From an uncultured delta proteobacterium (GTDB lineage Bacteria; Myxococcota; Myxococcia; Myxococcales; Myxococcaceae), in NCBI GenBank assembly GCA_963796055.1, contig CAWCKH010000005.1, positions 52,779 through 116,778 of the forward strand: a stretch of 64,000 nucleotides of DNA, in the 5' to 3' direction. Positions 20,207 through 29,641 of the stretch are shown here, piece by piece (position 1 is the stretch's first letter; every line of letters begins with the position of its first letter). The notes under the pieces were generated by a model. It made no database searches, was not told where the DNA came from, and saw only the letters and a program-made list of their open reading frames with translations. The translations under genes and the position numbers were made by a program.

Positions 20207-21777
20207 CAGTTCCTCACGGAAGGGAAAGACGTTGGGGGGATGGGAAGAAGGACGGTGAAGGTGGAGCCCTCGCCGGGGGCGCTCTGCACCTCGAAGCGGC
20301 CACCGTGGTCCTGGACGATGCGGTAGGCGATCGCCAGGCCCAGGCCGGTGCCCTGGCCCGGGGGCTTGGTGGTGAAGGACGGCTCGAAGATGCGCCGGAG
20401 CACCGAGGCCTCGATGCCGGTACCGGTGTCGCGGACGCTGACGAAGACGTGGGTGTCGCCCCGCCCGGTGCGGACGGTGAGCGTGCCCGGCTTCCCGTCC
20501 AGCGCGTAGAGACCGTTTTGCAAGAGGTTCAGGAGCACCTGCCCCATCTGCCCCGTGTCGCCGATCACCGGTGGCAGTTCGGCCTCGGTCTTCACGTCCA
20601 GGGCCGCCTCGGGCGACTTCTTCAGCTGGGCTCCGAAGAGGAACGCTGCGTCGTCCACGCAGCGATTCAGGTCGAACGGGCGGCGGTCGCCCTCCTGCGA
20701 GCGGCGGCTGAACTGGAGCAGGCTCTCCACGATGCGCTTGCACCGGAGCGCCGACTCCTCGATCAGCTGCAGGGAATCGAGGTCCCCCTTGGCGCGCCCC
20801 ACGTCCCGCTTCATCAGCTGGGCGAAGGTGAGGATCCCGGCCAGCGGGTTGTTGATCTCGTGCGCCACGCCGCCGGCGAGCTGGCCCACCGCGGCCATCT
20901 TCTCGGTCTCGACCAGGCGCGCGGTCATGGTCCGCTCGTCGGTCACGTCCCGGTACGCGCACACCGCCTGCCCCTCCTCCGCCATGGGGTAGACGTCGAG
21001 CACGTAGATTCTTCCCTTGTGCTGGATCTCCGCCCGGCCTTCCTTGCCGCTGGAGATGGCCTTCTTCATCGGGCAGCCCGTGCACGGGGTGTCACGACCG
21101 AAGAGGAACTGGTGGCAAGGCGGGTTCTGGCTCACGCCCTGGACGGGGCGTCCCGCCACCCGCGCATAGGCCACGTTGGCCCGCCGCACGCTGTGGTCCG
21201 AGCCCCGCACCACCGCCAGGGGCAGGTCGAGCGAGTCGAAGGACAGCTCCCATTCGCGCTTGGCCACCACCAGCAGCCGGGTCCGCTGCTGCACCCGCTC
21301 CTCGAGCTCGGCGTTGAGGGCCCGCAGCTCCTCGTTCTGGGCCCGGGTGACCTCTTGCAGGTGCGCGTTCTCCCGCTGCACCGCGTACTGCTCGAAGGCG
21401 CTCTGCACGGTCAGCAGCAGCGCCGAGTCGTTCCAGGGCTTGGCGATGAAGCGGAAAATCTCGGAGCGGTTGATCGCCTCCTCGATGGCCCGCTGGTCGG
21501 CGTGACCGGTGAGCATGATCCGCTGCGCGAGCGGGATGCGCTGCTTCACCTGGGCCAGGAAGTCCGCCCCGTTCATTCCGGGGAGCCGGAAATCCGAGAT
21601 GACCACCTCGGGAGTGAACTGCTCGAGGACCTTGAGCCCCCGCTCACCGTCGAGAGCGGTGCGGATCTCCCAGTCCCCGCTGCGCAGCACGCGACGGAGC
21701 GACTTGAGGATGTTCTCCTCGTCGTCCACCACCAGCAGCCGCCCCTGAGCGGGCGACATCCTGAGCGCGGGCTCCAT
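20206..21777 (-). CDS. hybrid sensor histidine kinase (REC - coiled coil - PAS-like - HisKA - HATPase)
   Basis: 523 aa. N-terminal receiver (LLVVDDEENI ... VISDFRLPGMNG ... IAKPW), H-box GVAHEINNPL, N/G boxes (LLNLLQNGLYA, DTGTGI, GTGLGL). The sensor domain contains C221, H222, C232 and C235. Confidence 0.9.
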
Positions 21778-21806
21778 GGCGTGTCTTCCAGTCCGTGAAA
21801 GGGGAT

Positions 21807-21822
21807 TGCAACCGCCCGGCCA
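21807..21822 (-). promoter_or_regulatory. candidate sigma-54 (-24/-12) promoter of the kinase / NtrC operon
   Basis: The minus strand reads TGGCCGGGCGGTTGCA, with TGGC and TTGCA at canonical spacing. It ends about 30 nt upstream of the kinase ATG at 21777. Confidence 0.45.
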
Positions 21823-21976
21823 CCCGCCCGGTCTTTGCCAACCCCCGAGGATCAGGTCCGTCTTGCCCTGTGCTGGTGTTTGGACCCGGGGTCACTCTAC
21901 ACCCACCCCCCCACCTTGTGGTCGCCAGCGACCCAGGTCGGTCACGCGGACGCCGCGGCCGTCCAGGCCCTGAGGC

Positions 21977-22909
21977 TCAGGAGGGTCCTGGGCCGCGAGG
22001 GAGCGCACCGACCCCCGGGTCGGCGAGGCAGACCCGGTTGCGACCCTCGCGCTTGGCGCGGGCGAGGCATCCGTCGGCGGCGCCGATCAGCTCCTCGGGC
22101 GTCTGGACCTGCACGGCGGGATGGCTGCCCACGCCCACACTGACAGTGAGGAGCACGTCGGCCGTGGGACCGGTCCGGAGCGCGGCGACGTCGCGGCGGA
22201 TCCGCTCCGCCACCGTGAGCGCCCCCGCCAGGTGGGTCTGGGGAAGGATGCAGGCGAACTCGTCACCGCCGGTCCGGGCAACCGTGTCGGTCTCCCGGAC
22301 GGCGGCCAGCAGGCACTGGGCCACGGCGCGGAGCACCCCATCGCCCACCAGGTGACCGAAGGACTCGTTGATGCCGCGGAACTGATCCAGGTCCACCAGG
22401 ACGAGGGCGAGCGGGTTGTCGTACCGCTGGGCACGGCGGAACTCGTCCTCGAGCCGGAGAAGAAAGTAGCGGCGGTTGTGTACCTCGGTGAGCGCGTCGA
22501 CGACGGCGACCCGGTCCTCCGCGCCCTGGGTCATCGGCCCCGAGGCTCGACGGAACACTGCGGTCCGGCGGCGCAGCCGCGCGAGCAGCTCCTCCAGGCC
22601 CACGCTCGCCGGGAGCACGTCGTCCGCGCCGAGGTCCAGGAGCCGGGCCCGGCCCTGGGCGTCGTCCACCCCGAGCACCAGCACCGGGCGTCCCGCGTCG
22701 GTCTTCGCCCGCACCCGGGAGAGCAGGCCCGCGGCCCCCCAGGGAGGGCATGGCTCGACGACGAGGAATGCGTCGGGTGACTCGAGGCTGGCGGCCCGGT
22801 CCACCGCCTCACCGTCCTCGAACCGGGTGAGGGCCCAGCCCGCCTCCTCGAGCCCGCGGGCGAGCGCGCTCACCGGAGCGTCCTGCGTGGTGACGAGCCA
22901 GAGGTTCAT
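21977..22909 (-). CDS. diguanylate cyclase with N-terminal pseudo-receiver domain
   Basis: 310 aa from ATG 22909 (MNLWLVTTQD). Intact GGDEF motif with an RxxD I-site five residues upstream (RETD-TVART-GGDEF). The receiver-like domain has Glu in place of the phospho-acceptor Asp (FLVVEP) and lacks the conserved Lys. Confidence 0.85.
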   Translation of the reverse strand: MNLWLVTTQDAPVSALARGLEEAGWALTRFEDGEAVDRAASLESPDAFLVVEPCPPWGAAGLLSRVRAKTDAGRPVLVLGVDDAQGRARLLDLGADDVLPASVGLEELLARLRRRTAVFRRASGPMTQGAEDRVAVVDALTEVHNRRYFLLRLEDEFRRAQRYDNPLALVLVDLDQFRGINESFGHLVGDGVLRAVAQCLLAAVRETDTVARTGGDEFACILPQTHLAGALTVAERIRRDVAALRTGPTADVLLTVSVGVGSHPAVQVQTPEELIGAADGCLARAKREGRNRVCLADPGVGALPRGPGPS

Positions 22910-23051
22910 TCTTGGAAAGTCCCGACAGGCTAGCAGAGAGGCGAACGCGTTGACCGTCGCACACTCGTCTCCCGGGTGCACCGTAACCCCGCGAGACGCA
23001 AGGTCGTTTGCGCGGTGTCGGGACACAGGGCTAGACCCGGGGGCCCAGGCC

Positions 23052-25097
23052 TTGGACCCCCATCGCGGAGAGCCGCCCCCCGTCCCAGAGCATGCCCTGC
23101 CTCCCCCGCTCCGGCAGCGGGTGCGGCGCTGGCTGGTGGGGCGCCCGCGCAGCGTGGAGGACCCGGGTGTGTTCCACCGAGTCTCGCTGGTGGCCTTCCT
23201 GGCGTGGGTGGGGCTGGGAGCCGACGGGCTGTCCTCCTCGTCGTATGGCCCCGAGGAGTCCTTCAAGGCGCTCGGGAGCCACGTGGCGCTCGCGCCCTTC
23301 CTGGCGCTGGCCACCGCGTTCACGGTGGTGATCATCGCCGCGGCGTACTCGCGGATCATCGAGCACTTCCCGTTCGGCGGGGGCGGGTACATCGTCGCCA
23401 CCCGGCTGCTCGGCCCGAGTGCCGGCGTCGTCTCCGGCAGCGCCCTGATGGTGGACTACGTCCTGACCATCACCACCTCGATGGCCGGAGGGGCCGACGC
23501 CATCTTCAGCTTCGTCCCGCCGTCGCTGCACGGCTGGAAGCTGCCGGTGGAATTCCTGGCCATCGGGGTGCTGGTGGTGCTGAACCTGCGTGGGGTGCGC
23601 GAGTCGGTGACGATCCTGGCACCGATCTTCCTCCTCTTCCTGGTCACCCACGTGGTTCTCATCGGTGGCTCGGTGCTCGGCCGGGTCGACGAGGTGCACG
23701 TGGTCACCGAGCAGGTCCGCAGCGGGCTCTCTTCCGGGGCGGCGACGCTCGGCCTGGGAGGAATGCTGGCGCTCTTCCTTCGCGCCTACTCGATGGGGGC
23801 CGGCACGTACACCGGCATCGAGGCGGTGAGCAACGGGCTGCAGATCATGCGCGAGCCCAAGGTGGAGACCGCGCGGCGCACCATGGTGCTGATGGCCGTC
23901 TCGCTCGCCCTCACCGCCGGCGGCATCACCCTGGCCTACCTCCTGCTGCACGTGGCGCCGGTGACCGGGCGGACGATGAACGCGGTGCTCGCTGACCGCT
24001 TCGCCGGCACGTTCCATCTCGGCGGCCTCCCGGTGGGCCAGTGGTTCGTCTGGCTCACCCTGCTCTCCGAGGCCCTGCTCCTCTTCGTCGCTGCCCAGGC
24101 CGGGTTCCTCGACGGGCCGCGGGTGATGGCGAACATGGCAGTCGACAGCTGGGCCCCACACCGGTTCGCGCAGCTCTCCGACCGGCTGACGATGCAGAAC
24201 GGGGTGCTGCTGATGGGCGGCTCGTCGCTCCTGGCCCTGCTCTACACCCGCGGCGACATCACCACCCTGGTCACCCTCTACGCGATCAACGTCTTCGTCA
24301 CCTTCTCGCTGAGCCAGCTCGCCATGTGCCGCTTCTGGTGGCAGCAGCGAAAGGCCCGGGCGGACTGGCGGCGCCAGGGCGCTATTCACGTCGTGGGCCT
24401 GGTGCTCTGCCTGGGCATCCTGGTGGTCAACGTCTACGAGAAGTTCCGCGAGGGGGCGTGGGTCACGCTGGTGGTGACCGGGGCGGTGGTGGGAGTCTTC
24501 GTCTGGACGCGCGCCCACTACCGGAAGGTGCAGCAGAACCTCCGCCGGCTGGACGACATCCTCCCCGCCATGCCCAAGTCCAGGGCACCGGCCCGGGCGC
24601 TCGACCCGGGCAAGCCCACCGCGGTGCTCCTGGTCGGGGGCTACGCCGGGCTCGGCGTCCACTCGCTGCTCACCATCCAGCGGCTGTTCCCCAACTACTT
24701 CCAGAACTTCGTCTTCCTCTCGGTGGGGGTCATCGACTCGGCCACCTTCAAGGACATCGCCGAGGTGGTGGAGGTGAAGGAGCGGACCCGCGCGGCTCTC
24801 GACGAGTACGTGAGCCTGGCCCAGGGGCTCGGACTGGCGGCGACGGCACGGATGGCGCTGGGGACCGAGGCGGTGGAGACCGCCACCCAGCTCTGCCGCG
24901 AGGTGGCCAAGGAGTTCCCGCGGGCGCTGTTCTTCGCCGGGAAGCTGGTCTTCGAGCAGGAGCGCTGGTACCAGCGGATGCTCCACAACGAGACCGCGTA
25001 CCAGCTCCAGCGCCGGCTCCAGTTCGCCGGGCTGAACGCGATGGTGCTCCCGGTCCGCCTGCTCGAGGGCGAGGCCCAGGCGAAGGCCGCAGCGTAG
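23052..25097 (+). CDS. APC-superfamily transporter, KimA-like (K+/H+ symporter type) with cytoplasmic C-terminal domain
   Basis: Strong resemblance to Bacillus KimA from memory (RRWLVGRP ... ADGLSSSSYGPEE ... GGGGYIVA ... LMVDYVLTIT ... LNLRGVRES ... TGIEAVSNG) plus a roughly 200-aa soluble C-terminus. There is no in-frame ATG. The start shown is TTG 23052; GTG 23121 is an alternative; ATG 23092 is out of frame by one base. Confidence 0.75.
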   Translation: MDPHRGEPPPVPEHALPPPLRQRVRRWLVGRPRSVEDPGVFHRVSLVAFLAWVGLGADGLSSSSYGPEESFKALGSHVALAPFLALATAFTVVIIAAAYSRIIEHFPFGGGGYIVATRLLGPSAGVVSGSALMVDYVLTITTSMAGGADAIFSFVPPSLHGWKLPVEFLAIGVLVVLNLRGVRESVTILAPIFLLFLVTHVVLIGGSVLGRVDEVHVVTEQVRSGLSSGAATLGLGGMLALFLRAYSMGAGTYTGIEAVSNGLQIMREPKVETARRTMVLMAVSLALTAGGITLAYLLLHVAPVTGRTMNAVLADRFAGTFHLGGLPVGQWFVWLTLLSEALLLFVAAQAGFLDGPRVMANMAVDSWAPHRFAQLSDRLTMQNGVLLMGGSSLLALLYTRGDITTLVTLYAINVFVTFSLSQLAMCRFWWQQRKARADWRRQGAIHVVGLVLCLGILVVNVYEKFREGAWVTLVVTGAVVGVFVWTRAHYRKVQQNLRRLDDILPAMPKSRAPARALDPGKPTAVLLVGGYAGLGVHSLLTIQRLFPNYFQNFVFLSVGVIDSATFKDIAEVVEVKERTRAALDEYVSLAQGLGLAATARMALGTEAVETATQLCREVAKEFPRALFFAGKLVFEQERWYQRMLHNETAYQLQRRLQFAGLNAMVLPVRLLEGEAQAKAAA

Positions 25098-25116
25098 GCC
25101 TGGTCGCTGAGCCGGC

Positions 25117-27261
25117 TCACCCCACGGGGTGGAACCGCTCCCCCCGCTCGGCCATCCGTCGGAGCAACGGGGCCGGCTCGAAGCGAACCCCCTTCCGCTG
25201 CTGCCAGTGCTCGAGCCGGCGCAGCAGCTCGGCCGGACCCATCGCGTCGATGGCGCGGAAGGGGCCGCCCCGGAAGGGTGGGAAGCCGAGGCCGAACACC
25301 GCGCCAACGTCGCCGTCGCGGGCGCTGCGCAGGATGCCTTCCTCGAGGCAGCGGACCGCCTCGTTCAGGAAGAGCAGCACCGGCCGCTCGCGGAGCTCAT
25401 CCTCGGGGAACGGCACCCGGGTCGGGCCGCCAGGGAGCGCTTCGTACACCGCGGTGTCCACCGGCTTGCCCTTCACGTCGTAACGGTAGAACCCCTTCTT
25501 CGTCTTGCGGCCGAGCCGACCCTCCTTCACCAGGGCGGCCATGGTGGCCGGCGGCGTCATCCGCTCGCCGAAGGCGTCGTGGAGCACGTGGCTGACCTTC
25601 TCCCCCACGTCGATGCCCACCTCGTCCAGCAGCTGGAATGGACCCACCGGGAACCCATAGGCCCGGAGCGCGCCGTCCACCGCGGCGATGTCCGCGCCCT
25701 CGACCAGAAGGTGCGCTGCCTCGTTGAGGTACGGGGCGAGGACCCGTGAGGTGTAGAAGCCCGGGCCGTCGCGGACGACGATCACCGTCTTTCCCTGCTT
25801 CTTTCCCAGCTCGACGCAGGTGGCGACGACCGAGGAGTCGGTTCCTCCGTGGGTGATGATCTCCAGGAGGGGCATCTTCTCCACCGGGCTGAAGTAGTGC
25901 ATCCCGATGACGTTGCCGGGGCGCCTCGAGCCTTCCGCCAGCCGGGCGATGGGGATGGAGCTGGTGTTGGAGGCGAAGATGCACTGCTCGGAGGTGGCGG
26001 TCTCCACCTCGGCGAGGAGCCGGCGCTTGAGCTCGAGGTCCTCGAACACCGCCTCGATGACCACGTCGGCGCGCCCGAAGCCGGAGAGATCGATCGTGGC
26101 CGTGACCCGGGCGAGGACCTTGTCCAGCCCCCGCCGGTCCAGACGGCGCCGGCGTACGCGCTGGTCGAGCAGCCCCCGCACGTGGGCGAGCGCCCGACCG
26201 AGGGAGGTGTCGTCGCGCTCCTTGATGCGGACCGGAAGGTGAGCCTTCTCGGCGGTGACGAAGGCGATGCCCCCGCCCATGAGGCCGCCGCCCAGCACCA
26301 CGACCTTGTGGACAGGCCTGGCCTTCGCCGCGCCGTCCACGCCGGTGTCCTTCTTCAGCGCGGTGGTGGCGAAGAACAGCTCGCGGAGCCGGGTGCTCAC
26401 CTCCGTGACCAGCAGCTCCCCGAAGGCGCGGGCCTCGGCGCGCTGCCCCGCCTCGAAGCCCTTCTCCACGCCCTCGCGGACCACCTCCAGCGCGCGCTCC
26501 GGGGCCGGGTAGTGCCCGCCGCTCTTCTTGAGCAGCTGCTTGCGCGCCTCGGCGAAGAGGAGCTTCCGGCCGATGGGATTCCCTTCCAGGGCCGCGCGGG
26601 TCACCGTCTCCCGCGGGCTCCGGTGCGGCCCGTGGTGGGCAGTCTTGCCCCCGCCCGCGGCCAGGGCCTGCGCATGCTCGACGGCCACGTCGATCAGGAT
26701 CGACCGCGGCACCACCTCGTCGACCAGGCCCAGCTTGCGGGCCCTGGAGGCGCGGACCGGATTCCCGGAGAGGATGAGGTCGAGCGCGGCCTGCACGCCG
26801 ATGAGCCGGGGGAGTCGCTGCGTGCCGCCGGCGCCGGGCAGGAGCCCGAGCTGTACCTCCGGAACCCCGAGCTGGGTGCGCGGCGCGTCCGACGCCACCC
26901 GGCCGTGGCAGGCCAGCGCCCACTCCAGGCCGCCGCCGAGACACGCCCCGTGGATGGCGGCGACCACCGGCTTGGGGAAGCTGGCAAGGCGCTCGAACCC
27001 CTGCTGGCCCTCGCGCGAGGCTTTCTCGCCGTCGGCCGCGGTCCGCAGCGAGCCGAGCCACCTCACGTCCGCGCCGACGACGAAGTCCTGCTTTCCGGAG
27101 GTGAAGACGATGGCCTTGACCTCCGGGTCCTGTCCGAGGCGCTGGAGCTCCTGCTCGAACTCGGCGCCCACCGCAGGCGAGAGGGTGTTCACCGGCTCGT
27201 CGGGAAGGTCGAAGGTGAGGACCGCCACGTCGCCGCGCATCTCCGAGCGAAAGGCAGCCAT
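25117..27261 (-). CDS. fadJ: fatty-acid oxidation complex alpha subunit (enoyl-CoA hydratase / 3-hydroxyacyl-CoA dehydrogenase)
   Basis: 714 aa. N-terminal crotonase fold (AAIHGACLGGGLEWALAC), central NAD-binding 3-hydroxyacyl-CoA dehydrogenase (VVVLGGGLMGGGIA). It lies immediately downstream of the thiolase gene. Confidence 0.92.
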   Translation of the reverse strand: MAAFRSEMRGDVAVLTFDLPDEPVNTLSPAVGAEFEQELQRLGQDPEVKAIVFTSGKQDFVVGADVRWLGSLRTAADGEKASREGQQGFERLASFPKPVVAAIHGACLGGGLEWALACHGRVASDAPRTQLGVPEVQLGLLPGAGGTQRLPRLIGVQAALDLILSGNPVRASRARKLGLVDEVVPRSILIDVAVEHAQALAAGGGKTAHHGPHRSPRETVTRAALEGNPIGRKLLFAEARKQLLKKSGGHYPAPERALEVVREGVEKGFEAGQRAEARAFGELLVTEVSTRLRELFFATTALKKDTGVDGAAKARPVHKVVVLGGGLMGGGIAFVTAEKAHLPVRIKERDDTSLGRALAHVRGLLDQRVRRRRLDRRGLDKVLARVTATIDLSGFGRADVVIEAVFEDLELKRRLLAEVETATSEQCIFASNTSSIPIARLAEGSRRPGNVIGMHYFSPVEKMPLLEIITHGGTDSSVVATCVELGKKQGKTVIVVRDGPGFYTSRVLAPYLNEAAHLLVEGADIAAVDGALRAYGFPVGPFQLLDEVGIDVGEKVSHVLHDAFGERMTPPATMAALVKEGRLGRKTKKGFYRYDVKGKPVDTAVYEALPGGPTRVPFPEDELRERPVLLFLNEAVRCLEEGILRSARDGDVGAVFGLGFPPFRGGPFRAIDAMGPAELLRRLEHWQQRKGVRFEPAPLLRRMAERGERFHPVG

Positions 27262-28565
27262 CAGACGGCCTCCAGAACCAGTGCCGCGCCGAGCCCGCCG
27301 GCCGCGCAGACGGTGCAGAGGGCAGTGCTCTTGCCGCTGCGGGCGAGCGCATCGAGTGCCTGCATGACGATGCGGGCTCCGGTGGCGCCGAAGGGGTGGC
27401 CGAGGGCGATGGATCCGCCGTGGATGTTGAGGCGCGCCGGGTCCACCTCGCCCAGCGGCGCCGAGCGGCCCAGCTTCCTGGCGAACTCCGGGCTGGCGAA
27501 GGCCTGGAGGTTGCTGGCCACCTGCGCGGCGAAGGCCTCGTGCATCTCGACCAGGTCGATGTCCGCCAGGCGCATCCCCGCCCGGTCGAGCGCCACCGGC
27601 GCGGCGTAGGCCGGTCCCTGGAGGAGCTGATCGGCCGGGTCCGTCGCGGCGTAGGCGAAGGCGCGCAGCGCCCCCAGCGGCCGGAGCCCCAGCGCCCTGG
27701 CCCGGTCCTCGCGCATCACCAGCAGCGCGGCCGCGCCGTCGGTCAGGGGCGAGCTGTTTCCGGCAGTGACCGAGCCGTGCGCCTTGTCGAACACCGGCTT
27801 GAGCTTCGAGAGCGCCTCGAGCGAGGTGTCGGGACGGATGATGTCGTCCGTGGTCCCGGTGGTGGTGTACGCCGGGGGCACGGGGACGTGCATCACCTGG
27901 GCATCGAACACGCCGGCCTTCCAGGCCGCGGCGGCGCGCTGGTGCGAGGCAAGCGCGATCTCGTCCTGCCAGGTGCGCGAGATCCGGTTCTCCTTGGCCA
28001 TCTTCTCCGCGCTCTGCCCCATGGTGAGGCCGGTGGAGTACTCGGCGATCGCGGGTGGAACCGGGACCAGATCCCCGGGGTGGACGCCAGCGAAGGCGCG
28101 GAGGCGGTCCGGCAGCGAGCGCGCGCGGCTGGCCTTCACCAGCGCGCGGGAGAGCGGGCGGCTGGTGAAGATTGGCACGTCGCTCATCGACTCGGTGCCA
28201 CCGGCGATGGCCACCTGGCTCACCCCGAGGGCCATGGCGGAGGCGACGTCGGTGAACGCCTGGATGGAGGTGGCGCAGGCGCGGGAGACGGTGTGGGCCT
28301 CGAGTCCCCTCGGCAGCGCCGAGGCGAGGCCGACCTCGCGGGCGATGCTCGGAGCCAGCAGCGTGGGGATGGCCTGGCCGAAGACGATCTGATCGATCTC
28401 CACGGGGTCGACGTCCGCGCGTTCGACGAGCTCCCGGACCACCGTCGCTCCGAGGTCGAGAGAGGTGAGAGAGCCGAAGACGCCGCCGGCCTTGACGAAG
28501 GGGGTCCGGAGCCCCTTCACCACGACGGCGCGCGACGTGCCGGGTTGACCGAGCAGCTGCGCCAT
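27261..28565 (-). CDS. fadI: 3-ketoacyl-CoA thiolase (acetyl-CoA C-acyltransferase)
   Basis: 434 aa. Thiolase active-site regions (VSRACATSIQAF, NIHGGSIALGHPFGATGARI, CAAGGLGAALVLE). Its stop overlaps the fadJ start by 1 nt. Confidence 0.92.
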   Translation of the reverse strand: MAQLLGQPGTSRAVVVKGLRTPFVKAGGVFGSLTSLDLGATVVRELVERADVDPVEIDQIVFGQAIPTLLAPSIAREVGLASALPRGLEAHTVSRACATSIQAFTDVASAMALGVSQVAIAGGTESMSDVPIFTSRPLSRALVKASRARSLPDRLRAFAGVHPGDLVPVPPAIAEYSTGLTMGQSAEKMAKENRISRTWQDEIALASHQRAAAAWKAGVFDAQVMHVPVPPAYTTTGTTDDIIRPDTSLEALSKLKPVFDKAHGSVTAGNSSPLTDGAAALLVMREDRARALGLRPLGALRAFAYAATDPADQLLQGPAYAAPVALDRAGMRLADIDLVEMHEAFAAQVASNLQAFASPEFARKLGRSAPLGEVDPARLNIHGGSIALGHPFGATGARIVMQALDALARSGKSTALCTVCAAGGLGAALVLEAV

Positions 28566-28672
28566 GACGCGGCGTTCCAGCAGAGACTCACTCGGGCGTC
28601 AATCGGCGGTCCGGGCCTTCGGGGCGCGAGCTACGGTCGGCTCGTTCCGCCGAAGCCCTGAACTCAGGCGGT

Positions 28673-29641
28673 TCACGCCGCGCGCGCGGCCGCCGATTCG
28701 TCCCGCATCACCTCGAGCGTCTTCCGGATCCCCTCGTTGTACGAGGTCTTCTTCACCGGCCCGAGGAGCTTCTGGAGCGCCGAGTCGTCCATGACCACCG
28801 GGTTCGTGTGGAGGTAGCTCATCTCCACCAGCTCGCGCATCAGCGGATTGAAAAGCCCCATCACCCGGAGCGTGTTCTTGCCGGCGACCCGGAACTTCGG
28901 CGTCTTGCCGGCTGCGGCGAACACCCTGGTCACGAACTCCCGCTGGGAGATTGTCCCGGAGCCGCCGAGGTGCCACCAGCGGCCGTATGCCTCCGGCCGG
29001 TCCGCCAGGTCGAGCAGCACCGGGCCGACGTCCGGCACGAAGACGAACTCGTGCGGCGTGTCGATGGGGCCGATCAGGTTGGCCGTTCCGCCATGGAGCG
29101 CGGCGACGAAAGCGCTGTGAAGGAAGCTCTTGTCGATGCCCGGTCCGTAGAAGTCCGGGAGCCGGAGGATGGTTCCGCGGATCTTCCCCGCCGCGTCGGC
29201 TTCGAGGAGGAGGTCCTCCTGTTCCTTGCGCATCCGGCCCTTGAAGGTGTGCGGCTCGCGCGGGTGGTCCTCCGCAACGCGCGCGGTCCTCGGCATGCCG
29301 TACGGGTACACCGTGCCCACGAGCAGGACGCGCTGTACGCCCTCGGCGATCGCGCCGTCGAGCGTCTGCCGCATCACCACCGGGTGCTGCTCGAAGTGGT
29401 GGTACGGAACGCCCACCAGGTGGACGAGGGTGTCGAGGCCGCGCACGGCAGCCCGGACCGACGCGGCGTCCTCTGGATTCCAGACGACCCGCTCGACACC
29501 GGGCATGTCCCCGAAGCTCGCCTCGAGCGCGCCAGCCGACCGCCCGATGACCCGGAAGGGGGTGCGCCGGTCCGTGAGCGCCTGCCCCACGCTCCGGCCA
29601 ATCGCTCCCGCCGCACCCACCAACCCGATTCGCTCCACCAT
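28673..29641 (-). CDS. NAD-dependent epimerase/dehydratase-family (extended SDR) protein
   Basis: 322 aa from ATG 29641 (MVERIGLVGAAGAIGRSV contains the Rossmann GxxGxxG). The ORF-track start 29776 is an extension. Confidence 0.8.
   Translation of the reverse strand: MVERIGLVGAAGAIGRSVGQALTDRRTPFRVIGRSAGALEASFGDMPGVERVVWNPEDAASVRAAVRGLDTLVHLVGVPYHHFEQHPVVMRQTLDGAIAEGVQRVLLVGTVYPYGMPRTARVAEDHPREPHTFKGRMRKEQEDLLLEADAAGKIRGTILRLPDFYGPGIDKSFLHSAFVAALHGGTANLIGPIDTPHEFVFVPDVGPVLLDLADRPEAYGRWWHLGGSGTISQREFVTRVFAAAGKTPKFRVAGKNTLRVMGLFNPLMRELVEMSYLHTNPVVMDDSALQKLLGPVKKTSYNEGIRKTLEVMRDESAAARAA

Noticed and set aside
23092-23331. 79-aa ORF starting at ATG 23092 as a separate small gene
   Set aside because: The translation (MPCLPRSGSGCGAGWWGARAAW...) is an off-frame reading of the transporter N-terminus. 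It is more informative as evidence for a one-base frame problem at the transporter start.
23031-27352. 758-aa and 651-aa antisense or off-frame ORFs over the KimA-like and fadJ genes
   Set aside because: Low-complexity Arg/Gly/Pro translation. The sense frames carry unmistakable transporter and FadJ motifs.
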